DNA of 64,000 bases from the NCBI GenBank assembly GCA_029564515.1, contig JAKQPV010000026.1, positions 38,807 to 102,806 on the forward strand, in the 5' to 3' direction. Shown here in pieces: positions 18,233-27,040 of the stretch. The translations under genes were made by a program, and so were the position numbers. The stretch comes from Spirochaetota bacterium. GTDB lineage: Bacteria; Spirochaetota; UBA4802; UBA5550. The stretch's first letter is position 1; every line of letters begins with the position of its first letter. The notes under the pieces were generated by a model. The model was not told the origin of the DNA and ran no database searches. It saw nothing but the letters and a program-made list of their open reading frames with translations.

Positions 18233-19075
18233 ATGTCGAAAAGACAGGCGCCCTTTTCAGGAAAAACTGCCATAATATCAGGCGGCTCCAGGGGAATCGG
18301 AAAGGCCGCGGCACTTGAATTCGTTAAAGGCGGCGGCAGCGTCTGTGTCATCGCCCGCAACAAGAAGGATTTGGAGAGGACTGCCGGCGAGCTCGATACG
18401 GCCAGGACCGTCGATAGCCAGAGCGTTACCAGTATCGTGTGTGACGCCACTGACATAAAAAAACTGCGGCCCCGGATCGACGCATTCATCAAAAAAAACG
18501 GCGTTCCGGATTACCTGATGAATTTCGTCGGATATGCCCGTCCCGGCTATGTAAGCGAGCTCTCGCTTGATGACTTCAGGAACAACATGGACGCAAATTA
18601 CTACGGCCAGCTCGTTCCGATTCTTACGGTTCTGCCCCACTTCATGAAGGAGCGCCGGGGCCATATCGTGACCTGCTCCTCGGTACTCGGTTTTCTCGGA
18701 ATGTTCGGGTATTCGGCATATACGCCGACAAAGTTCGCCATCTGCGGCCTCACCGAATCGCTCCGCAGCGAGATGAAGCCGTTCAATATCAGGTTCTCGA
18801 TCCTCTTCCCGCCCGACACCGACACGCCAGGGTTCGCGAAAGAGAACGAGACCAAGCCCGCCGCCGTCATGGTCCTCTCCGAGGGAGGGGGCCTCATGAC
18901 GCCGGAGCAGGTCGCGCAAAAACTCATGCGCGGTGTGCTCGCAGACAAGTTCTACATCCAGATCGGACAGGGACGGCTCCTCTGGGCGATCGTCCGCCAC
19001 TTCCCCAACCTCGCCCACCGGATCCTCGACGGGGAGACGGCAAAGGCGATCAAAAAAGCCGCGAAAAACCGATGA
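18233..19075 (+). CDS. SDR oxidoreductase, 3-ketodihydrosphingosine reductase (KDSR/Tsc10)-like
   Basis: GGAGG RBS; SGGSRGIG; YSAYTPTK (YxxxK); FPPDTDTPGFAKENETKP resembling the human KDSR segment YPPDTDTPGFAEENRTKP (recalled). Confidence 0.8.
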   Translation: MSKRQAPFSGKTAIISGGSRGIGKAAALEFVKGGGSVCVIARNKKDLERTAGELDTARTVDSQSVTSIVCDATDIKKLRPRIDAFIKKNGVPDYLMNFVGYARPGYVSELSLDDFRNNMDANYYGQLVPILTVLPHFMKERRGHIVTCSSVLGFLGMFGYSAYTPTKFAICGLTESLRSEMKPFNIRFSILFPPDTDTPGFAKENETKPAAVMVLSEGGGLMTPEQVAQKLMRGVLADKFYIQIGQGRLLWAIVRHFPNLAHRILDGETAKAIKKAAKNR

Positions 19076-19076
19076 C

Positions 19077-19108
19077 AAAAAAATCCCCCGCCGTCGGCGG
19101 GGGATTTT
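19077..19108. terminator. Bidirectional Rho-independent terminator
   Basis: AAAATCCCCCGCC-GTC-GGCGGGGGATTTT between convergent genes. Confidence 0.85.
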
Positions 19109-19135
19109 CGTATTGTCACTGTTACGGTATAATGC

Positions 19136-20008
19136 TTACTTGAAGTCGTTTATGCGTTCGGCCTTCTTTTCGTCCTGCTCGACTATCTCCTGCATGTGCT
19201 TGTAGTGCGGAGACTCGACGCCGTATTTCAGCTCCACAGCCTGCAGCATGCTCCTGTTTTTCTTGTTTTTGAAGGTGTTGATCTCGTCCTCGTTCGCGTG
19301 CCGGTACTTCGCCAGAACCTTCTCCATGTAGCCGTAGCAGCTCGCCATGTACTTGTATGCCCATATGTCCTTCGCGTTCTTGTCGGAAATCGCTATGTAG
19401 CGCTCAAGTATCGGGATGCAGGGCTTGAAGTTCTGCAGGTCATACTGGGTCGAAACATAGACCTGGAAGAGCCGCGACTGGAAGTTCAGGAACCGGGACT
19501 CCTGCCTGATCTCTACATGCTGTATCTGGTCGAGATAATCAATCGATTTGGTCAGGTAAGTGACGGCCTTCATCTTGGCCTCATACTTTTTCGCTGCAAC
19601 CTGCCGCTGCTCCTGGTTCTTGCGGTCGATCTCCTGCCAGTAAAACCGCTCGTTCAGGTTTTTCTTCTCCTTGTTGCTGGCTTTGATTTTAATAACCTCA
19701 TTTTCCATGTCCTCGAGGATGTCGATGGCAGTGGAGTACTCGTCAATGGCGAGCTTGAGGAGATTGTCGGAATACTCCTTGTTCAGCTTTTCGAGCTCCT
19801 GGATGGCCTTGATATACGGCTTGAAGTCGCGGATCCGCCATCCCGTCACTTCAACATCGCTGAACTCGTCCGCTACGGACGCGCCTTTCTTTTCATCGGC
19901 CTTGGTCTCGCCGGCCTGCTGCGCGGACACCCGGGACTGGAACGCGACCCCGAGGAATACGGCCATTACGAAGATGGCGCTGATTGTGAAAATGTTTCTT
20001 GGTTTCAT
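19136..20008 (-). CDS. fcpA: Flagellar coiling protein FcpA homolog
   Basis: Signal peptide from MKPRN; ERFYWQEIDRK, YDLQNFKPCIPILERYI, YKYMASCY and ELKYGVESPHYKH match Leptospira FcpA as recalled. Confidence 0.8.
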   Translation of the reverse strand: MKPRNIFTISAIFVMAVFLGVAFQSRVSAQQAGETKADEKKGASVADEFSDVEVTGWRIRDFKPYIKAIQELEKLNKEYSDNLLKLAIDEYSTAIDILEDMENEVIKIKASNKEKKNLNERFYWQEIDRKNQEQRQVAAKKYEAKMKAVTYLTKSIDYLDQIQHVEIRQESRFLNFQSRLFQVYVSTQYDLQNFKPCIPILERYIAISDKNAKDIWAYKYMASCYGYMEKVLAKYRHANEDEINTFKNKKNRSMLQAVELKYGVESPHYKHMQEIVEQDEKKAERINDFK

Positions 20009-20083
20009 ATAACAACCCCTCAAGCAATATAGATAACTCGTACTCAAGCCGCGTATCCGCGGCGGTTCAGTATAACAATATCC

Positions 20084-20111
20084 CTATCGGCTTTTTTCCC
20101 TTAAATATTGA
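20084..20111 (-). promoter_or_regulatory. Sigma28 (FliA)-type promoter of fcpA
   Basis: Minus strand TCAA-N16-GCCGATAG about 75 bp upstream of the fcpA start. Confidence 0.6.
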
Positions 20112-20316
20112 TATATTTTTGGCAAATTTACCTTAATAATTAGCCTCCGGCCCGTCTTTCCCCCGCACCGGCCGCACCTTTTCGTAAGATACTCTCTTTT
20201 TCAGCAAAATCCAACCATAAATTCGCCTGCCGGCCGCCGGTCTCCATGCATGGCGGCGTACTATGTCACGTAAATTTTGTTGACATTATCATGCACCTGA
20301 TAAAACCTCAAACCGA

Positions 20317-21141
20317 ATGAAAACACCGATTAAAAACGTGAAAACTGCCGGTACAAAACCCAGGTACTGCGATTACTGCGAGAACACCGGCATTATCCAT
20401 AACCCGCACTTTACCGAGCTTGGCGAGAACGCCATAGTCCCCTGCCCCAAATGCGTCCTGTCGAAATGCATGTGCGGCGGGGAGGATCCCTACTATGTTT
20501 TCAACGGTGACCGGATAGCTGAATGCTTCTGCCGGGAAACCCGGATGAAAATTATGAAAATCAACATGAACTACAACAGTTCGGGCATATATAAAAAATT
20601 CCAGTGGAAGCGCCTGAACAACTTCAAGACACTGAACAAGCAGGGGGAGGACGCGAAAAACTCCGCCTATGAAATAGTCAGGAATTTCCCGGATGTCAAC
20701 AAGGGGCTGTTCCTGTGGGGCAATCCCGGTACGGGCAAAACCCTCCTCGCATCCATTATTCTCACCGAGCTTATCATCCGCCACGCTGTCGAGGGCAGGT
20801 TCATAAGCATCTCGAGGAATTTATTCAAGACCCTCCAGGAGTCTTTCCACGAGGGATCTGAAACCTTCGGGGATTCAGGCAAGATCGAAAAAGAGCTGGC
20901 CGAGGTGGACATCCTGGTCGTGGACGACTTCGGCATTCAGAAAGACACAGAATGGAAACAGGAAACCCTCTACGACCTGGTAGACGCCCGGTACGAGGCG
21001 GAAAAATTCACTATCTTCACATCCAACAACAACCCGCACAAGGCCTTCAAGGACCTGTCGCAGGGCCGGATTCTCTCGCGCATCAAGGAAATGTGCCGCA
21101 TTCTTGAAATAAGCGGCGAAGATTACCGGGACAAGCTGTAG
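20317..21141 (+). CDS. DnaC/IstB-like AAA+ ATPase with Cys-rich N-terminus
   Basis: CxxC...CxxC...CxC...CxC; GLFLWGNPGTGKT; LVVDDFG; LYDLVDARY; TIFTSN; RILSRIKEMC. Confidence 0.85.
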   Translation: MKTPIKNVKTAGTKPRYCDYCENTGIIHNPHFTELGENAIVPCPKCVLSKCMCGGEDPYYVFNGDRIAECFCRETRMKIMKINMNYNSSGIYKKFQWKRLNNFKTLNKQGEDAKNSAYEIVRNFPDVNKGLFLWGNPGTGKTLLASIILTELIIRHAVEGRFISISRNLFKTLQESFHEGSETFGDSGKIEKELAEVDILVVDDFGIQKDTEWKQETLYDLVDARYEAEKFTIFTSNNNPHKAFKDLSQGRILSRIKEMCRILEISGEDYRDKL

Positions 21142-21588
21142 ATGGCCATCGCCTACATTGGACTCGGCTCGAACCTGGGCGACCGGGAAGCCAATCTGCG
21201 GAATGCAGCGTTTCTGGCGGCGTCCCTTCCGCGCGTTTCCGTGCTCCTGAAAAGCTCCATAGCTGAAACCGATCCGGTCGGCTACCGGGACCAGCCCCGG
21301 TTCCTGAACCAGGTCATTTTAATCGAGACAACGCTGTCCCCGCCCGATCTCCTCGCGGCCCTCAAGCGCTGCGAGGTCGAGCTCGGCAGAGAGAAAAGCT
21401 TTCCCAAGGGGCCGCGGAGCATCGACATGGACATACTGCTATATGATGACCTTATACTGAACACGGAAGAACTTACAATACCGCACCCTGAAATACGAAA
21501 CAGGCGGTTCGTCATGGATCACCTGGTCGAGCTGAATCCGGGGCTGAAGGACCCGGTAACGAAGATCCGGTATCGGGAGATGCTATGA
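21142..21588 (+). CDS. folK: 2-amino-4-hydroxy-6-hydroxymethyldihydropteridine diphosphokinase
   Basis: AYIGLGSNLGDR, QPRFLNQV, GPRSIDMDIL, LTIPHP...RRFV. Confidence 0.95.
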   Translation: MAIAYIGLGSNLGDREANLRNAAFLAASLPRVSVLLKSSIAETDPVGYRDQPRFLNQVILIETTLSPPDLLAALKRCEVELGREKSFPKGPRSIDMDILLYDDLILNTEELTIPHPEIRNRRFVMDHLVELNPGLKDPVTKIRYREML

Positions 21589-21699
21589 TTCATTTTTTTA
21601 GTAACACTGCTAACTTTTTGCATGGTATTATTTCTTATTATATATATTATAGCAGGAAAGAATTCACCATGTCCTGAAAACAGGCAGCATCGGTTCGTT

Positions 21700-22260
21700 A
21701 TGACCACGCCATACTATAAAACACCCCTCTTCATGATCATCGTTACACTGGCCTTGATTGTATCCCTCGGTATCATCGATTATTTTACCGGGATCGAGTT
21801 TAACTTTTTCGTTTTTTATTATATCCCCGTATCTATTGCTGCATGGTACGTCGGAAAAAACTGGGCAATTGCCAGTTCGGTCCTTTCAGCCTTAACCTGG
21901 ACTGGTGTCGATATTTTATCAGAGCATGCATATGATCACTGGTCACTTTTTGCATGGAACGGCGGCATCCGCCTCACATCGTTTATCATCCTCGGCATCG
22001 CCCTTCATACGATACGAAAGCTGCTGAATATGGAAAAAGAGCTGAATAAAAATCTTCAAACCACGCTGGATGAAGTGAAGCTGTTAAAAGGATTTCTTCC
22101 CATTTGCGCATCATGCAAAAACATCAGGAATGACCAGGGTTACTGGGAGCAGATCGAACAATACATTTCATCCCATTCTGAGGCGGAATTCACCCATACG
22201 CTGTGCCCGGATTGCATCAAGAAGCTCTATCCCGATCACGATAATAATACCGCCCGGTAG
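21700..22260 (+). CDS. Membrane sensor-like protein (about 4 TM, DUF4118-like) with a C-terminal CxxC...HxxCxxC domain
   Basis: Hydrophobic helices, coiled coil, then GFLPICASCKNIRNDQGYWEQIEQYISSHSEAEFTHTLCPDC. Confidence 0.75.
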   Translation: MTTPYYKTPLFMIIVTLALIVSLGIIDYFTGIEFNFFVFYYIPVSIAAWYVGKNWAIASSVLSALTWTGVDILSEHAYDHWSLFAWNGGIRLTSFIILGIALHTIRKLLNMEKELNKNLQTTLDEVKLLKGFLPICASCKNIRNDQGYWEQIEQYISSHSEAEFTHTLCPDCIKKLYPDHDNNTAR

Positions 22261-22272
22261 CCCCTCATTCTG

Positions 22273-23544
22273 TCACGCCCGCGCCACCGGTATCTCCTTC
22301 CAGTGCGTGGTAAACCTCCCCGAGAGAAAGGCGCGCCGCATCTGCCAGGGCTTCTCGATCCCTTCGGCTGCGAAACGGAGGGTGTGACGGCCCATGGCGC
22401 GGTTGAGCCCGTCCACCGTCCGCATGAGCCGCCGGCCCCGGTCCGTATCGTGGAAGCGGCTGAACAGGTCGAGCTGGGCATCGCCCTGCGGCATGATCTC
22501 GAAGAGCATCACCCCCGCCTTCTTGTAACTGTACCCTTCCCGGTAGATCCGGTCCAGAAGGCCCAGCGCCACCTGGATGAGTCGCGGCGTGTACGCCGAC
22601 GGGACCGGCAGTCGGCAGGTGACGCCGTTTGAATACTGCGGGTCTGTTTCACGGAACCGGTTGGTCGAGATGAACACGGTCATGGAGCCGGCCGCGCTCC
22701 CCTGGGCCCGGAGCTTCTCGGCCGCCCTGCCCGTGTACGCGGCGACCGCCTCGCGGAGCTCGTTCAGCCGCTCCACCGGCCGCCCGAACGAGCGCGAGCT
22801 CACGATCCCCTGCTTCGGCGCGGGCTGCTCGTCCAGCGGTATGCAGGGCACGCCGCGCAGCTCCCACACGGTGCGGAGGCCCGTAATGGTCATGTTCCGC
22901 CGCACCCACGCGTCCGGCGCGTCGCGCAGCTCGCGCGCGGTGCGGATCCCGTAGCGGCGCAGGAGCTCGCGGTACTGCCGGCCCACGCCCCACACATCGC
23001 CCGCGTCGGCCGACTCGAGCGCGCCCTCGGCGCGACCGCGATCGGTGAGGTCGAAGACGCCCCCGCATGCCGGGTCCTTCTTCCCCATCCTGCTGGCCAG
23101 CTTCGCCATGGTCTTTGTGGGCGCGATGCCGACGGTCACCGGGATGCCGGTCCACTGCCGCACGGCCTCCCGCACCTCCCGGCCGTACGCCGCCGGGTCC
23201 CCGGTCATGCCCCGCAGGGAGAGAAACGCCTCGTCGATGGAGTAGACTTCCATCTCCGGGGAAAACCGGGCGAGGCACTCCATGACGCGCCGCGACATGT
23301 CGCCGTACAGGGTATAGTTGGACGAGAATACCGCCACCCCGTTTTTCCTGATGAGCCGCTTCACCTCGAAAAAGGGCGCGCCGAACGGGAGGCCCATCTC
23401 CTTTACCTCGTTCGAAAGGGCCACCACGTTCCCGTCATTGTTGGAGAGCACGACCACAGGGCGCCCCCACAGGGCCGGCCTGAAGACACGCTCGCAGGAA
23501 ACGTAGAAGTTGTTGCAATCGACCAGAAAATAAAGGCTTTTCAT
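22273..23544 (-). CDS. umuC: Y-family DNA polymerase V catalytic subunit
   Basis: [47 protein letters not shown]. Confidence 0.95.
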   Translation of the reverse strand: MKSLYFLVDCNNFYVSCERVFRPALWGRPVVVLSNNDGNVVALSNEVKEMGLPFGAPFFEVKRLIRKNGVAVFSSNYTLYGDMSRRVMECLARFSPEMEVYSIDEAFLSLRGMTGDPAAYGREVREAVRQWTGIPVTVGIAPTKTMAKLASRMGKKDPACGGVFDLTDRGRAEGALESADAGDVWGVGRQYRELLRRYGIRTARELRDAPDAWVRRNMTITGLRTVWELRGVPCIPLDEQPAPKQGIVSSRSFGRPVERLNELREAVAAYTGRAAEKLRAQGSAAGSMTVFISTNRFRETDPQYSNGVTCRLPVPSAYTPRLIQVALGLLDRIYREGYSYKKAGVMLFEIMPQGDAQLDLFSRFHDTDRGRRLMRTVDGLNRAMGRHTLRFAAEGIEKPWQMRRAFLSGRFTTHWKEIPVARA

Positions 23545-24005
23545 TTCAGGCTGTGTATCACGTGCACCACCACGCCCCAGACCTCGAACTGCGTGTCGCC
23601 GGTCACCTCCATGGGTGCGTAGTCGGGATTTTCCGAGACCAGGCAGACGCGCCCCTTCTCGCGGACAAGGCGCTTCACCGTCAGCTCCCCGTTCAGCGCG
23701 GCGATGATGACGCTCCGGTTGCGGGCGCTCTCCGCCCGGTCCACCACCAGCACGTCGCCGGAATGGATGCCGGCCCCGGTCATGGAATCGCCCGACACGC
23801 GCACGAAGAACGTGGCGGCCGGGTGCCGCACCAGGAGCTCGTTCAGGTCCAGGCTCCCCTCCACGTAATCGTCAGCCGGCGAGGGAAAGCCGGCCGGGAT
23901 CCGCGCCATGAACAGCGGCAGGCGGATCGAGCTGCACACCCCGGGCCGGTGGATTGAGGCAATGGTGTCCGGCGACACCCGTATCGCCGCCGCGCAGGGC
24001 ATCAC
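23541..24005 (-). CDS. umuD: DNA polymerase V autoproteolytic subunit
   Basis: AGFPSPA cleavage site, VSGDSM (Ser), LTVKRL (Lys); ATGA overlap with umuC. Confidence 0.92.
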   Translation of the reverse strand: MMPCAAAIRVSPDTIASIHRPGVCSSIRLPLFMARIPAGFPSPADDYVEGSLDLNELLVRHPAATFFVRVSGDSMTGAGIHSGDVLVVDRAESARNRSVIIAALNGELTVKRLVREKGRVCLVSENPDYAPMEVTGDTQFEVWGVVVHVIHSLK

Positions 24006-24355
24006 GCCCCCCGCCTGACACTGCTGGTTCCGCGGGCGGCCATCTCGCGGGCGAAGGCTTCGCGCCCCCGTTCACGGATAAGCCGGACGCAGGCGGCGCG
24101 ATCGGACCGGAAGATGAAGCCGAAGACCCGGGCAACCGGATTGTTGAATTTTTTACACTCCCTTGCATCGCTGAAATCCGCGCAGTCCGCGCAGGAGCCC
24201 GCGCCCCGTTCGAGGCAGCAGGTCCTCACGGAACACCAGGAAGCTTTTTCGTTCTCCGCGCAGCCCGGGCACGAGCCTTTTGTGTAGCGCCCGCAGGCGC
24301 CGCAATAGAGCCCGCAACGGGCAATGAGATTCGTATCAACGGTTATCTGGCGCAT
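24002..24355 (-). CDS. DUF3795-like Cys-rich protein
   Basis: AAGGAGG RBS before MRQITV; IARCGLYCGAC...CPGC...C.VRTCC.....SCADC; GTGA overlap with umuD. Confidence 0.8.
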   Translation of the reverse strand: MRQITVDTNLIARCGLYCGACGRYTKGSCPGCAENEKASWCSVRTCCLERGAGSCADCADFSDARECKKFNNPVARVFGFIFRSDRAACVRLIRERGREAFAREMAARGTSSVRRGA

Positions 24356-24567
24356 TATTTCCCCTCCTTTCATTTCATTCAGGCCGGCCCATGGCGGGGA
24401 CCGCGCGCCGCTCCCGCAGCGGCTGTCGTGATTGCAGCCACGATCCGGGGTCAGAGCCCCGATTTTCGCGGCATCCCTGCCGCACGCCGGGACTTCGCCG
24501 TCCTGGCTCAGCTCATGGCGATAGTTATCGCCTGAAAGAGCGGGGTCAGAGCAGCCCACCCGGGGAC

Positions 24568-24596
24568 AATATACCGGGCGGGGCCGGATATGTCAA
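24568..24596 (-). promoter_or_regulatory. Sigma70 promoter for DUF3795-umuD-umuC
   Basis: Minus strand TTGACA-N17-TATATT. Confidence 0.65.
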
Positions 24597-24623
24597 CAAA
24601 TGTTTAGTATTCTATTTTAGCGA

Positions 24624-25286
24624 CTATGCGGGCCTTATGCATTCAGGGGAATCATGTTCCGGCGAGTTAACCAGCGTGCTTACCGGGTATGCTTCCATGG
24701 CGTGATCGGGATACGGCTTGAGGAAGGACAGCGCTTCCTCCGGACCAAGGGATGGATCGAGCCATGCGTCGCGATAGTTATCGCCTAGTATGACCGGCAT
24801 CCGGTCATGGATCTGCTTCATGACCTCGTTGGGCCCGGTTGTAATGATAGCACAGGTGGCGACCTCATCGCCGCCGGGAGAAACCCATGTCTCATGTATG
24901 CCGGCAAAGGTGAAGGGCTGGCCGGAGAGGAGGCGTATATAATAAGGGATTTTAATCCGGCCTTCTTTTTTCCATTCATAGAAACCGCTTGCGGGGATGA
25001 GACAGCGCCGGGCCTTGAAGGCATTTCTGAAACTGGGTTTTTGGGATATGGATTCCGCCCGTGCGTTAATCAGCCCCCTGCCCGCCGCCTGGTCCCTGGC
25101 CCAGCGGGGTATAAGTCCCCACTGGAAATCGACCAGGAGCCGCTTATCGTCTTTTCGTATCAGGGACAGTATCCTGGTGCCGGGGGCTATATTATAACCG
25201 GGAGAAACATCGGTCAGGACATCATCAACGAAATAAGCTTTGATGAGGTCACGGATTGTTTGAAGTTGGGCGAATCTTCCGCACAT
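24624..25286 (-). CDS. SOS response-associated peptidase (SRAP/YedK)
   Basis: MCGRF N-terminus, YNIAP, WGLIP, INARAE, RCLIPASGFYEW, IHDRMPVIL. Confidence 0.95.
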   Translation of the reverse strand: MCGRFAQLQTIRDLIKAYFVDDVLTDVSPGYNIAPGTRILSLIRKDDKRLLVDFQWGLIPRWARDQAAGRGLINARAESISQKPSFRNAFKARRCLIPASGFYEWKKEGRIKIPYYIRLLSGQPFTFAGIHETWVSPGGDEVATCAIITTGPNEVMKQIHDRMPVILGDNYRDAWLDPSLGPEEALSFLKPYPDHAMEAYPVSTLVNSPEHDSPECIRPA

Positions 25287-25424
25287 TATGTCCTCTTCTT
25301 GATCGCTGGTTTACACATCTCTATGATTATGTACATTTTCAATAATTTTTTACTGATTCCCGGTTTTTTATGATTCCCATACAGAGATTCCCCTACAAAA
25401 ATAGTGACAAACTAAAAAAAAGTG

Positions 25425-25451
25425 TAATTTTTCTTCAGTGTTAGCCGATAA
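25425..25451 (+). promoter_or_regulatory. Sigma28-type promoter
   Basis: TAAT-N15-GCCGATAA, 50 bp upstream of the small ORF at 25501. Confidence 0.6.
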
Positions 25452-25500
25452 TTGAACCGGGTAAATAGAAGTTTTTGGGGTAATAATAAAAGAGGATGAT

Positions 25501-25671
25501 ATGAGCACGGTAACCAACGATATTTCCCCCATAATGGACAGCATCCAGAAGAGCAATGATCTTCTCAGGATGATGGCAGCGGCAAAGCTCTCCATTGACG
25601 ATAAGATGATGAAAGCAGATGTTGTTGCTTCTGTTTCCGGCCTGGGAGAAAAAGTAGACATTTCCGCATAA
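25501..25671 (+). CDS. 56-aa YjfB-like putative motility protein (not in the ORF track)
   Basis: AGAGGA RBS; MSTVTNDISPIMDSIQKSNDLLRMMAAAKLSIDDKMMKADVVASVSGLGEKVDISA*; C-terminal LGxxVDIxA motif. Confidence 0.65.
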   Translation: MSTVTNDISPIMDSIQKSNDLLRMMAAAKLSIDDKMMKADVVASVSGLGEKVDISA

Positions 25672-25725
25672 AGAAAACAGACTGACCCTCCCGGCCAGCC
25701 TGCTCCCCGCGGAAAAATTCTTCCC

Positions 25726-26097
25726 TTATTGAACTGTAACTGGTATCTTCCTCGGTTTCACCGCTTCATGTTTCTGTAAGACAAGGGTCAGTACGCCGTT
25801 TTCAAACGTCGCGCTTATTTTATTCCTGTCAATGTCATTGCCCACGCTGAACGTCCTGTAATAATTATTGTGCGTGAACTCGGAATATTTCAGCTCCTTG
25901 TTCTCCGGTTTGAATCCATTTACCGTGCCCCTGATTTCAAGTTCGTTGTTTTCAATCAATATATCCAGGCTCTCCCGGGTAACTCCCGGCATCTCAAGCT
26001 TGAGAGTATACTGGTCAGGGGTCTCGTAAATATCCGTGAGCGGTACAATCACCCTTTCATTATTGGCGAATCCATTGGTTATCGTTGCTTCCGACAT
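25726..26097 (-). CDS. Hsp20/alpha-crystallin small heat shock protein
   Basis: PLTDIYET, EMPGV, ISATFENGVLTL.L.K, KPRKI. Confidence 0.92.
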   Translation of the reverse strand: MSEATITNGFANNERVIVPLTDIYETPDQYTLKLEMPGVTRESLDILIENNELEIRGTVNGFKPENKELKYSEFTHNNYYRTFSVGNDIDRNKISATFENGVLTLVLQKHEAVKPRKIPVTVQ

Positions 26098-26108
26098 GGT
26101 CCTGCCTC

Positions 26109-26516
26109 CTATTTGATCTCGATTTTCTTGGGTTTCGCTTCTTCGCTTTTCTTGAGCCTGATATGCAATATACCGTTCGCCAGTTCCGCTGCAATGCTGT
26201 TCGCGTCCACCCGATACGGTAATTTTACCGACTTCCGGAACTTCCCGAACTGACGCTCCTTGCGGATATACGGGTTGTCGGCGTAATCGTTCATCTTCTC
26301 CCCTTCTATAAGCAGGCTGTCATTGACAAGCTGGATGTCCAGGTTGTCCGATTTTACCCCGGGCATCAATGCCCTGACCTCGAGCTCGTCCCTGCCCTCG
26401 TATATCTCAAGGTATGGAAACTCCCTGCTTCTCCACTTGCCATAATTCTCGCTGAAAAATGAATTAACTACATCCCTGAGATTGAGCATATCATCAAAAA
26501 TATCGTACGTATACAT
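26109..26516 (-). CDS. Hsp20/alpha-crystallin small heat shock protein
   Basis: ERQFGKFRKSVKLP, AELANGILHIRL, KPKKIEI. Confidence 0.92.
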   Translation of the reverse strand: MYTYDIFDDMLNLRDVVNSFFSENYGKWRSREFPYLEIYEGRDELEVRALMPGVKSDNLDIQLVNDSLLIEGEKMNDYADNPYIRKERQFGKFRKSVKLPYRVDANSIAAELANGILHIRLKKSEEAKPKKIEIK

Positions 26517-26527
26517 GTCGCTCCTCC

Positions 26528-26983
26528 TTATTTGATGCTGATTTTGACTTTTTTTGGTTCTTCTGTTTTTTCCTTTGGAATGCCAATAGACAGAACGCCA
26601 TTTTTGAAATTTGCCGTAATGCCTTCTGAATTGATGCTGTCCGGGAGCCTGATTGATCTCTGGAAGGCCCCGTACTTTCGTTCCATGATAAGGACCTTTT
26701 TGTTCTTTTCTTCACGCTTCTCTTCGCTTTTCTCTCCCTTGATTGTAAGAATGTTGTTTTCGATGTTAACAGACAGGTTCTTTTCATCAATACCGGGAAT
26801 GTCAGCCTTAACATAGATGTTCTTATCATCTTCCTTTACATCAACAGCCGGCACATAATCCGACTCATACAGGCTTCCATGACTGATCGAAAAAAAGTCC
26901 TCAAATAAATCCGAGATGCTTTTTCTGAAGTGATCAATATCAGAAACAAAAGCATCGTCGCGCTTCTTAATACCGAATTTCAT
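26528..26983 (-). CDS. Hsp20/alpha-crystallin small heat shock protein
   Basis: PAVDVKE, ADIPG, ERKYGAFQRSIRLP, FKNGVLSI.IPK. Confidence 0.95.
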   Translation of the reverse strand: MKFGIKKRDDAFVSDIDHFRKSISDLFEDFFSISHGSLYESDYVPAVDVKEDDKNIYVKADIPGIDEKNLSVNIENNILTIKGEKSEEKREEKNKKVLIMERKYGAFQRSIRLPDSINSEGITANFKNGVLSIGIPKEKTEEPKKVKISIK

Positions 26984-27013
26984 CGAGCACCTCCTCTATT
27001 TGCTTAATTATTG

Positions 27014-27040
27014 TTAGCACTCATCTTTATTGAGTGCTAA
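27014..27040. promoter_or_regulatory. CIRCE element (HrcA operator)
   Basis: TTAGCACTC-N9-GAGTGCTAA exact consensus; arms extend to 27008-27046; directly upstream of the hsp20 operon. Confidence 0.95.

Noticed and set aside
20317-21141. IS21 element or prophage around the DnaC/IstB-like gene
   Set aside because: No istA, terminal repeats, integrase or phage genes; the flanks are housekeeping genes.
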